Origin: Lytechinus pictus
Lineage: Eukaryota
DNA: 64,000 nucleotides
Assembly: GCF_037042905.1 (NCBI RefSeq)
Contig: NC_087256.1
Coordinates: 24,490,001-24,554,000 of the forward strand
Direction: 5' to 3'
Both the position numbers and the translations under genes were made by a program. Below are positions 40,860 to 52,565 of the stretch, in pieces. Within the stretch, counting starts at the first letter, position 1, and the number at the start of each line of letters is the position of its first letter. The notes beneath the pieces were generated by a model that saw nothing but the letters and a program-made list of their open reading frames with translations, ran no database searches and was not told where the DNA came from.

Positions 40860-41420
40860 TTTTTCAACATTTCAGCAGAAATGTACAAGATGTTTGTGTC
40901 TTTGCGGAGACATTGGGCAACATCAGATTTTGCTGCATCTCCTCCTCAGGACTGCCCTCCAAGCATCATTCTTAATAGTCCCACCAATACTGTCAACTGC
41001 TCCATGGTTGCATTGAAGTCTTGACTTTGGTAGAGTGTGTTAGCAAAACTTAAAGAAAAAAATTAATTGATGTGCTGCTCCATCGGACCAGTAGTGAAAG
41101 TTTGTGATAGGATAGCTCAGTTTTTTTCTCAGATCTCTAACTAAGATCTTGTTGAATCCCACAACAGCCTCTATGTTGTGGCACAGCTCATCAGACACCA
41201 ATGCAAAATGCACCTTGTCCTTTCCTTCTGAGAAGTACACCACATCAGTAAAAATGGTACAGCTGTCATTAGAACCAGTGGGCAGATTGGATCTCCCCCT
41301 GATGCTTGAGACTATAGTTCTCGGAAAAGTCTTCATGTACATGATGATCTCTCCAGGCCGAAGCATCCTCTTCAAGTCTTTTAACTCTGCATGCTGTCAC
41401 CACATTACTGACATATGACT
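40860..41420 (-). mobile_element. Degenerate DDD transposase relic, Sola2-type
   Basis: Frameshifted motifs HEDFSENYSLKHQGEIQSAHW, FALVSDELCH, HYWSDGAAHQ and HGAVDSIGGTIKNDAWRAVLR. These match my recollection of the Sola2 catalytic motifs (DFSENY / SDGxxxQ / HGKGxxDGIGG). Confidence 0.75.
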
Positions 41421-41434
41421 GGCATTTGGGCCAG

Positions 41435-41704
41435 GGCCCTGTCTTACAATGAGTTACGATTGATCCAATCAATCGTAACTATGGAAATCCATCAGTGTCA
41501 GAATTTTTTCTACAGGAAATTTGCAAAATATCCTTTGTAAGCAAAGGAGATCATACCAAATTGTCAAGAAATCAATGAATTTATGGATATACTTTTATAT
41601 CTAGATTTTTTTAATAAATAAACATGCATTTAATATGTTGACTTTGCTGGCTTTCCATAGTTGCGATTGATTGGATCAATCGCAACTCTTTGTAAGACGG
41701 GGCC
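41435..41704. mobile_element. ~270-bp GGCCC-ended MITE, copy 2, abutting the Sola2 relic
   Basis: CAG|GGCCCTGTCTTACAATGAGTTACGATTGATCC ... GGATCAATCGCAACTCTTTGTAAGACGGGGCC|CTG. Confidence 0.75.
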
Positions 41705-41939
41705 CTGGTGTAAATCAAGTGGCGTACCTATTGTTCAGGGGGGGGTGAACTATTCTTTCATCCCCCCTTGAATAGTGCGACATCAGGATTTACGCCCATG
41801 CTTATAAGAAAACAAACTTGGACATGAAAAATATTATTACTGATGTTCTGTATTTTGTTTTACTTGACCAGAATTTCTCCTTGGATTTGTTCAGTTGTTG
41901 AATCCTTTGTTGAACGGCCCTCATAATAATCGCTAGAGG

Positions 41940-42235
41940 GTATTCATTTGTCTCGCAATCTACTATGGTCAACAAGGAAATTCGTGATCACTCTCGCAAA
42001 AAGTGTTCACTAGCTTTCTAGGAAATTCGTGATCACTCTCGCAAAAAGTGTTCACTAGCTTACAAGTTCACGAGCTTTCGAGTGCCGCTGCAACTCTTTA
42101 TCAAGTGACGAAAATTATCTGACAACGTCGCCTATTTATACCAACCCCCAGGACCGTACACACGAACGCGGGAACAATAGGTGGGCACTGATCCGTTATG
42201 TGATTGGCCGACCAATCACATAACGGATCATTTTA
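41940..42235 (-). mobile_element. Penelope-like element pseudo-LTR remnant
   Basis: On - in order: CCAAT-containing perfect palindrome (42189-42230), TATAAATAGG (42140-42131), hammerhead motif, and a ~41-bp tandem duplication (41977-42017 and 42021-42061). Confidence 0.5.
42068..42108 (-). ncRNA. Minimal type-I hammerhead ribozyme motif of Penelope-like element type (U3-A8 variant)
   Basis: The minus strand reads UCAC-UUGAUAA-A-GAGU(ugcagcggc)ACUC-GAAA-GC-UC/GUGA: stem I UCAC/GUGA, stem II GAGU/ACUC, palindromic stem III AGCU. Confidence 0.6.
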
Positions 42236-42338
42236 GAATAAAGTTTGTTTTGTTCTGATTGATTTCAATATAGCTTGTTATCTATGGATTCCTTGCCTTT
42301 TTTTTGTAGCAGAACACTTCAAAATTTGAGCATGCTTG

Positions 42339-42596
42339 TTACAAATGGCTCCAAAATTTGTTAAAAAATAGCATATCCATACATTGGTTGGTTCCAGTTT
42401 CAATATTACTCCAGTCTTGAGCGGAGAGCTGACAAAAGCAGACCTTATTATAATACCTATAATTCCTTGTAAATATCTTCTGTTTATCTCTTTCCATCTT
42501 TAATTCATTCTGAAATATAACATAAATGGGAAAATGATCAGAACTATCAGACAAGCCATTAGCAATGCTTGCTCGGTGCATGCTGGGACAATCCAT
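42339..42596 (-). mobile_element. Non-LTR retrotransposon (CR1/L2-group) endonuclease C-terminal fragment
   Basis: LSDSSDHFPIYVIF...KIFTRNYRYYNK..F..LSAQDWS is the typical end of an APE endonuclease plus linker. Confidence 0.7.
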
Positions 42597-43084
42597 TTTT
42601 ATCGCAGGGGCGAATATAGTGCTTTCATCAAAGGGAGTAGGACTAAATGTTGGACAGTGATGTCAGTGATATAATACCGTGTATAAAATATGTGAAACCA
42701 TAGCCTAGGAAGTTGGACAAGACGGTAAATTGAGCTGTGATTACATGTTTGCTTCATGTCAATCTCACTGAATAAAATCTATTTTTTCTAAGCATACTTC
42801 TTTAATAACAATTATCAGAAGACGTTGGTCTATTGTGAGACCTTTCACCATATTAAGGAGTTTCAAGTTATACATAAATGACTTCAATGCCAAATCCCCC
42901 TTTTATTTGGAATGACTGAATCTGTTAAATCAGTTTTTACCGACATCTTTAACAAAGGTGGTGATGCACACATAACCTGTGTGTAGAGGTATTTTCTGCC
43001 CATCCACACTGTATTCGTACAGTGGTTTCCCCTCTAACCAAAAACGAAGTGTTGGGATGATGAGGTACTCAAAATCTCTGCTTA

Positions 43085-44345
43085 TTTAGAGCTGTCTGAT
43101 CTCTTGTCGGGAAAGCCTGAGCATGCCTTGTGAAATGATCGGTTACCACGAGAACATTATCTATATTCCTCCTCCTGACAACTCTAGGCTCAGAAAGTCA
43201 AGGCAGACTACAGTATAGTTCAAGCGGTCGTGAGTTCTTAATTGAGGTCAACGGTGCTCTTGACTTGGATTCTCTCGTCTTCCTTACAGTGCAATGTTTA
43301 CATTGTCGGATGTATTCTTGTATACACAGGATTTCAGTCCAGGACGGAAGTATCAATCTTGCATCAGAGCAAAAGTCCTCTCTACTCCGAGGTGACCCAT
43401 GTCTTGATGTGCCTATTGAAGAGTTGTTTTCCTCATTCCCTTTGGAAGAACTACCAGTGTGCGATCGTCATCTCTTCAGTTTGGTACTTGTCTGAATCCA
43501 TCGGGCCATCCGTCTCTGATGATCCGGGCCAACATGATCATAACTGGATCGACTGCTGTCTCTCTTAGCAACGCTTGTTCTCAGAGAACACAGACAAATC
43601 ATAAACCTCTAGCTTATTCCATCGTCGAAGTAGCATTCTAACGGCAACTTTTTCTTTCTTGATCTGATGTGATCCAGGTTTGCTACCACTTTCTATTAGC
43701 TCAATGACGCGGTTATTGACCAAATATTCCATCTGAAACTGAGCGATCTCTGCCAAAGTCATTCCTTGTAACTCTGTGCTTTTGCACTCATTCTGTTGAT
43801 ACTGATCTGTAGCATGTATGTTGTGATGCTCAGCCACCTTGAAAGGAATGTCCTCTTCCGGAAATGTCATGGGCAGTGGTAGTGAAGTCCAAGGTGCGCC
43901 TTACTTCTTTTGAAGAAATTCTTGACAAGCTGTCAGCGTTATCGTTAGACTTCCCTGGCTGGTACTCTATGTCTGGATTACTCTGTGCCAAATCGTTAAC
44001 CCAGCGTTTACCATGAGCGTCCATGCGAGTTTTTCCTAGAACGTATGTTAGTGGGTTATTATCTGTAATTGCTGTTACCTTCCTTCCGATTTCATAGTCT
44101 CGAAATTTCACGGTAGCAGCTCAATGTAATGCTCTGAATTCAAGTGTATATGAGCCTGATACCTGGCCTCTCCAGACGACAAGCTCCTGCTAGCATAGGA
44201 GATCACTCGCTCTTTACCATCATGTACTTGTGCAAGTACTGCTCCTACATGTAGACAAATCAAAGATGCCTCCGTCTGAAGGATTAATGGCAGCTCAAAA
44301 TCCAAATATCCCAGAGCTGGAGCTGACACTAGTGCCTCTGAAATG
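43085..44345 (-). mobile_element. Degenerate Ty3/Gypsy LTR retrotransposon pol fragment (RNase H to integrase)
   Basis: EALVSAPALGYLDFELPLILQTEAS..VGAVLAQ..ERVISYASRSLS, TDNNPLTYVL..RWV..IEYQPGKSNDNADSLSR, and integrase HHCC/core HQDMGHLGVERT..QCKHC..VLVVTDHFTRHAQAFPTRDQTA. Broken by frameshifts and stops. Confidence 0.9.
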
Positions 44346-44614
44346 ATGAAGACCAAAAAAAATTAATTTTGATTTGAAATTGATTTAACATTTGATAAAT
44401 AACAAATTTAGAATTTTAAACCTCACAACACTGCCCACAGCCCACACAGAATATACCTGTTGAATTGAAATAAATAAGTGCAAAGAAAGAAATAAACTTA
44501 TCAATTTATAGAAATACATTAATTTCATTTACAATCGAGGGAACAATAACATATTTATGCAGACTTCTTCATATTCCAGATAGACAATATAATAAACATG
44601 TTGTACAAGAACTG

Positions 44615-44883
44615 GGCCCTGTTGTACAAAGAGTTACGATCGATCCAATCAATCATAACTATGGAAATCCATCAGTGTCATAATTTCTTCTACAGGAAAT
44701 TTGTAAAATGTCCTTTGCAAACAAAAGAGAACACACCAAATTGTCAAGAAATCAATGAATTTATGGTTATACATTCATATCTAGAATGTTTTTTGAACAA
44801 AAAAGCATTTAATATGTTGACATTGCTGGCCGTCCACAGTTGCGATGGATTAGATCAATCGCAACTCTTTGTAAGACGGGGCC
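44615..44883. mobile_element. ~270-bp GGCCC-ended MITE, copy 3
   Basis: CTG|GGCCCTGTTGTACAAAGAGTTACGATCGATCC ... CTCTTTGTAAGACGGGGCC|CAG. Confidence 0.75.
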
Positions 44884-45551
44884 CAGGATTCGTAAAATTT
44901 CATAAAAGTTTTCATAAACAAAATAGTTACCTAATTATTTACCTGACGCTATCGGTTAAAATTGAAGCTAAATTCCTCTGTCTGACTCAAATTATGAAAC
45001 AAAGGTGGACATCAATATCAGAGTAGGAAAATTGCAAAAAATCAACAAAAATGCAGGTGAATGAAATATCGTCTGTCTCTGTTATTTTTATGGAATTCGA
45101 GCTGACGTCAGAAGGGTTGTGCACAGGCGCAGTTGATTTGATGAAAAAGGGATATTCCAGTCGTGCGGGGGGGGGGGGGGGAGGGGATGTAAACAAGGTC
45201 TATTGTGATAACAGAAATAATAAACATTTATACAAGATAAATGCATATGCTAATAAATAATGATAATAAATTGATTCTTTAACATAACATATATATATAT
45301 ATATGTATATGTATATATATCTCTGAAGTTTGAACACCTGAATTTTATTTATCTCAAATGACTTTACTACAGTTCATTCATAACATTGGCAGGAATCAGT
45401 AGAGTTACCAATATTTACTTTTCATAGAAAAAATGAGAAATGCTTTTCACTTGAGGGTAATACATGTATAAATGGCCCTATGAATGAATAGGCCTTGTGT
45501 TCCATAGCCCTTGCTTTATTGCAAAGACATTTCAAGAATCTCATATTTTTA

Positions 45552-46506
45552 TTGTCTCACCTGCATAGCAGAGTGAGACTATAGGCGCCGCTTTTCCGAC
45601 GGCGACGGCGGCGGCGGCGTCAACACCAAATCTTAACCTGAGGTTAAGTTTTTGAAATGACAGCTTAACTTAGAAAGTATATGGACCTAGTTCATGAAAC
45701 TTGGCCATAAGGTTAATCAAGTATTACTGAACATCCTGCCTGAGTTTCATGTCACATGACCAAGGTCAAAGGTCATTTAGGGTCAATGAACTTAGACCAT
45801 GTTGGGGGAATCAACGTCAAAATCTTAACCTAAGGTTAAGTTTTTGAAATGTCATCATAAATTAGAAAATATATGGACCTAGTTCATGAAACTTATACAT
45901 AAGGTTAATCAAGTATCACTGAACATCCTGCATGAGTTTCACGTCACATGACCAAGGTCAAAGGTCATTTAGGGTCAATGAACTTTGGCCGAATTGGGGG
46001 TATCTGTTGAATTACCATCATAACTTTGAAAGTTTATGGATCTGATTCATGAAACTTGGACATAATAGTAATCAAGTATTACTGAACATCCTGTGCAAGT
46101 TTCAGGTCACATGATCAAGGTCACAGGTCATTTAGGGTCAATGAACTTTGGCCAAATTGGGGTATTTGTTGAATTACAGCCATAAATTTGAAAGTGTGTT
46201 GGTCTAGTTCATAAAACTTGGACATAAGAGTAATCAAGTATCACTGAACATCTTGTGCGAGTTTCAGGTCACATGATCAAGGTCAAAGGTCATGTAAGGT
46301 CAAAGAACTTTGGCCACGTTGGGGGTATTTGTTGAATTGCCATCATATCTCTATAAGTGTATTGGTCTAATTCATAAAACGTGGAAATACGAGTAACCAA
46401 GTATCACTGAACATCTTGTGCGAGTTATAGTAGTTTTCAAAATCAGCACTGCTGCTATATTGAATCGCGTGATGCAGGTGAGACGGCCAGAGGCATTCCA
46501 CTTGTT
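45552..46506 (+). mobile_element. HINE copy 2, near-identical to 32525..33476
   Basis: Same subTIRs, same internal tandem array and same 3' end GGCCAGAGGCATTCCACTTGTT. Confidence 0.8.
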
Positions 46507-48740
46507 TATAAATTTGGAATCGAAATTGTCATCTTGGAGTAAACTATTTTTGTATGCCATGTCCGTGATATACCCCAGCCCTTGCTTTATTGCAAAGATA
46601 TTTCTACAATTTCATATTTTTATTTATGAATTTGGAATTGAAATGTCATCTTGGAGGAAAGATATGTTTGTATCCCCTTGATATGTATGCACATAATTAT
46701 TAGATTTTATGAGTATTTCCTCACCATGTCAAAAAATTATTCTCGAATGTAAAAGGTAAATTTCATCTCAGTCTCAAATATCTAGAAGAGGCTTAAATTT
46801 GATTGTATGACTTATTGTTTGATATTGTTAATGATTCGTTGATTACACCAAATAGCAGCAGTTATCCTTCTCATTGAAATTGAAATGAATTACTAGAAGT
46901 TCTGCAAAAAAAAGTTTAGTACTAAGTCAAACAGTGACACAGTTTCTTTGATTAGTTTATGAAAGTTGATAATTATGATATTTAAAATCTTGAGTTATTT
47001 TTATTGTTGCCTGTGTTATGCCTTGGTCTTTCAGTATCGTGTATTATTAAATAGAAAATGTAAACTTATTTATGAATTATGATTTCTATGATTGCAAGTG
47101 GATGGGCTGCTTTGCCAAAGGACTGATTTTAATCGCATGAACAGTTAGTAGCAATATGACACTTTAATTGGTTTGCCAGAAACACTTTTGTTAGTGAATT
47201 AGCCTGGGTGCCATATTGCGTACAGAAATGAAAAGATGTGACTATTTCAAAGCACGCTTGTGCTCAGTCATGCTATTTCAATTTCTAGAAGAGAATTTCA
47301 GTTCTGAATGTCAGAAAATCTTTTATTGGCGTAGTCAGTGTATATTTTATGTTGGGATTTTGTAGCAATAGCCACTTTAAACTTGGGTCCTGTTTCACAA
47401 AACATAAAGTCACAAGCTGGTGTATTATAAGCTATTGGTATACTGAAATATAAATATATCCCAGGATCTGAATGTTTATGATTGACAACAAGTTTTATTG
47501 AACAGGGTCCTAAGTTTTGGGGCCCATTTCACAAAACTTGTCATAATAACAGTTAAAAGCTACTGAAATCCTTCTCTTTGATTGGCTGGTGGAAAATTGT
47601 TATAGAAATTGTGCATTTGTTATTATAACAACAAGGCTTTATGAAACGGGACCCTGTTTCATGAAAGCATCGTAATTCCTTGATAGTCTGCAAGCTCAGA
47701 CTCATATCTAGAGTGAAGACGAGATGCCAAACTCTGTCTGTGTCAGTGTGCATAGAGCCAATCACAGTACATACTTAATCTAGTCTCACTACTTCAGACT
47801 CTGCATTATGCACTATGCCAATTGCGAAAAACCAAATGTCTATGCCTGCAGACTACCTTCTCAATGCCATCTACATGGAGGATGAGATTGACATTACTCA
47901 TTCGTAAATTAACAGATGAACGTTAATCGGGGAAAGTATATATATGTCAGTTCACAGACTATGATAAGAAAGTTTTTGCATCCACTATGCAGACGCTTTC
48001 TGGAACATTGTGAATCTATTGTCAAAAGCCCTTCATGACAAAGCAGCCTTTGTTGACAATCGGTGAATCAAAACAGTAGTGTCGTCCTGGACTCTGGACA
48101 AACAACATATTTGCAATCCGCTGTCCCTTTTCACCAATTTACCACAATTACCTCTTATTTGTTGTTTATTTATTTATTATTTATTTATTCACAATCTTTC
48201 AACAGGATACCCAATCAACATAAAAATTGCTCTCCCTTGGGGTCCAGCATAAATTATTAAAAAAACGATCAAAATATACATACATAGAACATGATAGTTG
48301 AAGTCAGAAATAAGCAATACTATGATAAAATTAATGCACATCATTAAAAGTAATGGAATATACATTCATAAAGCGTGATAATTGAAATTGACATTGGATA
48401 TATTTAGTATTGGAAAATTAAGCTACGAATTGGACTTAAAGGTTATCTTTTAAATATTTCTTTAAAATTGAGAGGGAGGTTATGTTTTGAGGTTCAGGTT
48501 GAAGACTATTCCACAATGAGACAGCTTGATAATGAAAGGAGTGTTTAAATGATTCAACATGACTTTGGGATTGAAATGTAACTTATTTTGAGAGAAATTT
48601 CCTGTGCAGTATGAATGAATTTCTTTGATTCCTAAAAGTAAATAACCTAGATAAACATGTGGGAGCAATATATATCGTACATTAGATCATTAAGATCAAT
48701 CCAAAAAAGCAAACTCTTGCAATTTAAAATACCTGTGTAA

Positions 48741-49121
48741 TACCCCTTTCACAAACCCAATTATGCGGATAATATCCGCATAATTTGGTTGTAAAATTGG
48801 GGCAGGACCAGAGTTATCCGCATTATTTCGATGTTGCAATTATCCGCATAATAGCAGCATCGGGACCAGATTTTGGCTTTGTGAACGCATTTCCAAAGTA
48901 ATGCGGATAATTGCCATGGTGTGGTCACAAAAGGTCACCCTTTTCCAACACAACCCCATCGGAGGGGGCGTGTGCAGTTGCCATGATAATTATCCGCCTT
49001 TTTCAGGACGCGCGCTCGTAAAAAATAGTGCGGATTATTTTTGGAGTTTGTGAATGCAATTTTTATTGAATTATCCGCATTACTCTTAGGCGGATAATTG
49101 GATGGGTTTGTGAAAGGGGTA
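48741..49121. mobile_element. PIF/Harbinger-like MITE with TWA TSD and internal (T/G)GCGGATAAT repeats
   Basis: TAA|TACCCCTTTCACAAACCC ... GGGTTTGTGAAAGGGGTA|TTA. Confidence 0.8.
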
Positions 49122-50383
49122 TTAGTAGATTGATTGATTCTCAACATTCCATAAAGCGCCTGCACAGTGGTTGCAAAAATTTGCTATTGTCCAGCATTAC
49201 TTTCCATAAAGATGTCATTGAGCTGGAGTTATGAGGCTCTCATAAAACATGCCTCAGGTCTTGAAAACAGTTATGCTTAATTCTATGAAAATGTTTTGTA
49301 TGTTGGGTAAAAGTACATCATTAGTGTGTATAGTATTGATCTTCACTGCTTAAAAAGTTAGTGCAATAAAATATATGGTTTAGTATCTTCCGGAGTAATA
49401 ATTGTGTATTTATTGTTATTGTGTGTTGCTGTAGCTTATCACTTTCTTATGCTTTATGGGGATTGTCCAATTTCCTACGGTACGGTACTTGATAATTAGA
49501 AACTATTTAAGATATCTTTACACCCGTTTCGATTCATCATCTCTCTAAAAATGTGTGAAATTGCCACTCTTTAATGAGTGAGTTTATGAAATATATGGGA
49601 TTTCCCGTGTTAATCCTTGAATAACCTTAAAGATCATTGAAGTGCTCCCAAGGTCTCTCGAACATCCCTCCTTACTTCATTAAATTTGTATCTTTCTCAT
49701 TCACTATTACCCCTTGCTGTTTCCTAATCTTTTTTTTTTATTTCACTTTTAAGTATTAATTGAAATATGCCATAATACAGAGTTCTTTCTTTGTAATTTT
49801 TTTCCCTACATCAACCCTGACATCAACTACAAGTAGATCAACACAAACTTACAAGGAATTCATAAAAATATGAACCTCCATTTGGGGACACTCTCCCTTT
49901 ATATTGACAGGGGAGGGGTGGGTCTACTCGTTAATTATTAAATCAGTAAAATTAGAAGAACATATCATTGAAGGTTTTAGAAAAATAGATAATAGAAAAT
50001 CAGTGGGGATTTATTTTATTTTTGTTATTTAGTTTTCATGGTGTGTACAGAAATTGCATAAAATTACCTTCTTCCTTTCTTTAACAGAAAATTGAGATTC
50101 ATTTTATATGATTTATTTGTCCATGTCTCTTAAAATAATATACAATGAGAATGAAGTGAGTTGAATGATTCTTGAATAACTTAATAAAAAATAAAGTAAA
50201 AAATGCAAGGTGAAGGAGTATAAAATCATACTTGAAATTGCTATATGAATGCATGAAATTCCCAAGTCATACACATCATTTATTTTTCTTCACCTAATAG
50301 TTTACAGGGAAAATCAATTCCTAAACCTATTATGGAAACAAATTAAGTTTTTGTGTACATGATTTATTCATTTAAATTAATTA

Positions 50384-52504
50384 GGGTGATTCCATACGTG
50401 TCGTACGGGACATTTAGAGAACATTTTACAGTTTTTTGACAAGAAAAACAAAAAATATTCCAGTAACTAAAGGTGATCATCAAGTACTACCAGAGTGTTA
50501 GAAAATTCAAGACTTAACATGACTTGAATTCACATCCTGTATAATACAGATTTAAAATAGTAATGTGTCGTACGGACGCAGAAAAAGTGGCTTTTTTCGA
50601 AATCTCAAGTTTGTACTCTAAAGTCTGTGAGTTGGACGGATAATTTTCGTAGAAACTGAACTCAAATTGATATTCAATTACCCAAGAACAAACACATCTA
50701 TGAAAGAAAGCAAAATAAACATTCATGAATAAATAAAGCAAATTACAATTTTCGAGAACATTGTGGCGTACGGGACACTCAAAATGTGTCGTACGGGACA
50801 CCTCTAAATTGAAGCCAAACTTTCTTACTTTATGTCTCTTTGACTTCTTCAATCACTCTATTTGGCTGATGATAATGAAAGTCCTATCAAACTAAAGACA
50901 TTCATTATGTTAGAAACCGCAATTGGCTGAATATTTCTGTCAATATATCATAAACAAAATAATGTGTCGTACGGGACACTTGTGTGTAGTACAGGACACT
51001 TCTGTGTCGTACGGGACACTTTTGTGTTGTACAGGCACTTGCGTGTTGTACTGGGCAGTCTGAATAAAACAATGAACTTTTATCAATTAGAAGGGGAGCA
51101 TTGCCCCTAAATTCTTCCTTTTTAATAAAAAGTCTTTTAATAAGTAGTCATTCAGGACAATATAATTAAATAACCTCAATATATACAATCGGGAGCAATA
51201 TGTTATCATTTTTTTCATAATGGGAAATGTACAAGGGTTCGCAGCATTTTTTCCAAGCTGAAGAACTTGAGGTTTTGTGTGAAGTTATATTTTAGTAAAT
51301 TATTTGATGATTTCCAATACACTATTTAAACAATGAATGAATGGAACTGTAAATTATGGGGTTAAAATGTTATAATTTTTCATATAAAATGTATACATAC
51401 ATGATATATGTCACAACTGTCACTTATAATTCCACAAAATATTTTTTTCTAAAGAAATGCGGTTCTACTTTTTCAAACCTTTCTGCATTTCATGAAACCA
51501 TATGGTTTGTCTTATTTTCCAGATTTTTATTTACAACTTGAAAAAAGTAGGAGTTTCAATACTGTATATAAAAAAAATAGTGATCATCAAGGGAAGTCCA
51601 AATAGTTGATTGATATGTAATTTTTTTACATCTTATAATAATTCCATGCAAGAGGAAGTCATCTTCCAGGCTAGGGTGAATCAATTATAAAGGTTTTCTT
51701 TTCATGCTCAGTGACAAAGAAATTAACCTGCTCTGACCAGTGAAAATCACCAGTTTAGCTGCAGGGATTCCCAAAAGAATACACCTACACTATGAAATCA
51801 ATTAAATGGTTAGAATCACCTATTTCATGTTCTATGGAGATAAAAAAAGTATTTTTTTTCAGTTCACTTTATGTCCAATCAATTACTTGAATCAAAATAG
51901 GCCTACTATTTACAGTTTCTGAATCAAAATCCTGCAATTAAATGCATTATATATTGTGTGTCGTACGGGACAACTTTTAATAGGACAATTATTGAAAAAT
52001 GAAGGGCTGTGATTAGATCCTTATGGGATAAATCGATCACCCATGGGTCAAAGAAAGAGAAACTGATATTGTGAAATTGCATCATCAAAAATAAAATTGT
52101 AGGACAAACTTTTGCATCTTTATGCGTCGTACGGGACATTGCCAAAAATAGGTTCGGAAAAATCAGGGCTGCCCCTATTATGGATCATGAAAATGTTGTA
52201 GATATCATTTGGAACCATCAATGATACATTATTCCATTGACGTGCAATATTTTCAATCTTCTCGTGCTTTGCCAATAATTGTTTCAGGCAGTGTTTGTAC
52301 TTGACTATTTAATTAGCAAAATTATTGAAAATTGAAAATTCCATTATTCTTCCCCAAAAAAACTATATCTGATTTCACTTTTGGTTAAAACTCATAATTT
52401 TCATAAAATTTAGGTATCATAGTAAAATATTACACTACTTATGACTTATTGAAAGCATGTTGAAATTTCTGATATTTTTGAAGTTCTATAGTGTGGAATC
52501 GCCT
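50384..52504. mobile_element. Non-autonomous DNA transposon with 4-bp TSD (Sola2-like)
   Basis: TIR GGGTGATTCCA / TGGAATCGCCT, TSD ATTA (50380-50383 and 52505-52508), about 11 same-orientation copies of a TGTCGTACGGGACA-like motif. Confidence 0.7.
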
Positions 52505-52565
52505 ATTAGCAGGTTTCATGAAACAGCTATTTTCACTTACCATTGTTATAAGCAACTGAAAATAA

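Noticed and set aside
44598-45026. 142-aa ORF
   Set aside because: Mostly a read-through of a non-coding MITE that has two other copies in the window.
50960-51060. Regularly spaced short repeats resembling a CRISPR array
   Set aside because: Period about 20 bp with only ~6-bp similar spacers, no cas genes, eukaryotic context; they lie inside a TIR/TSD-bounded transposon.
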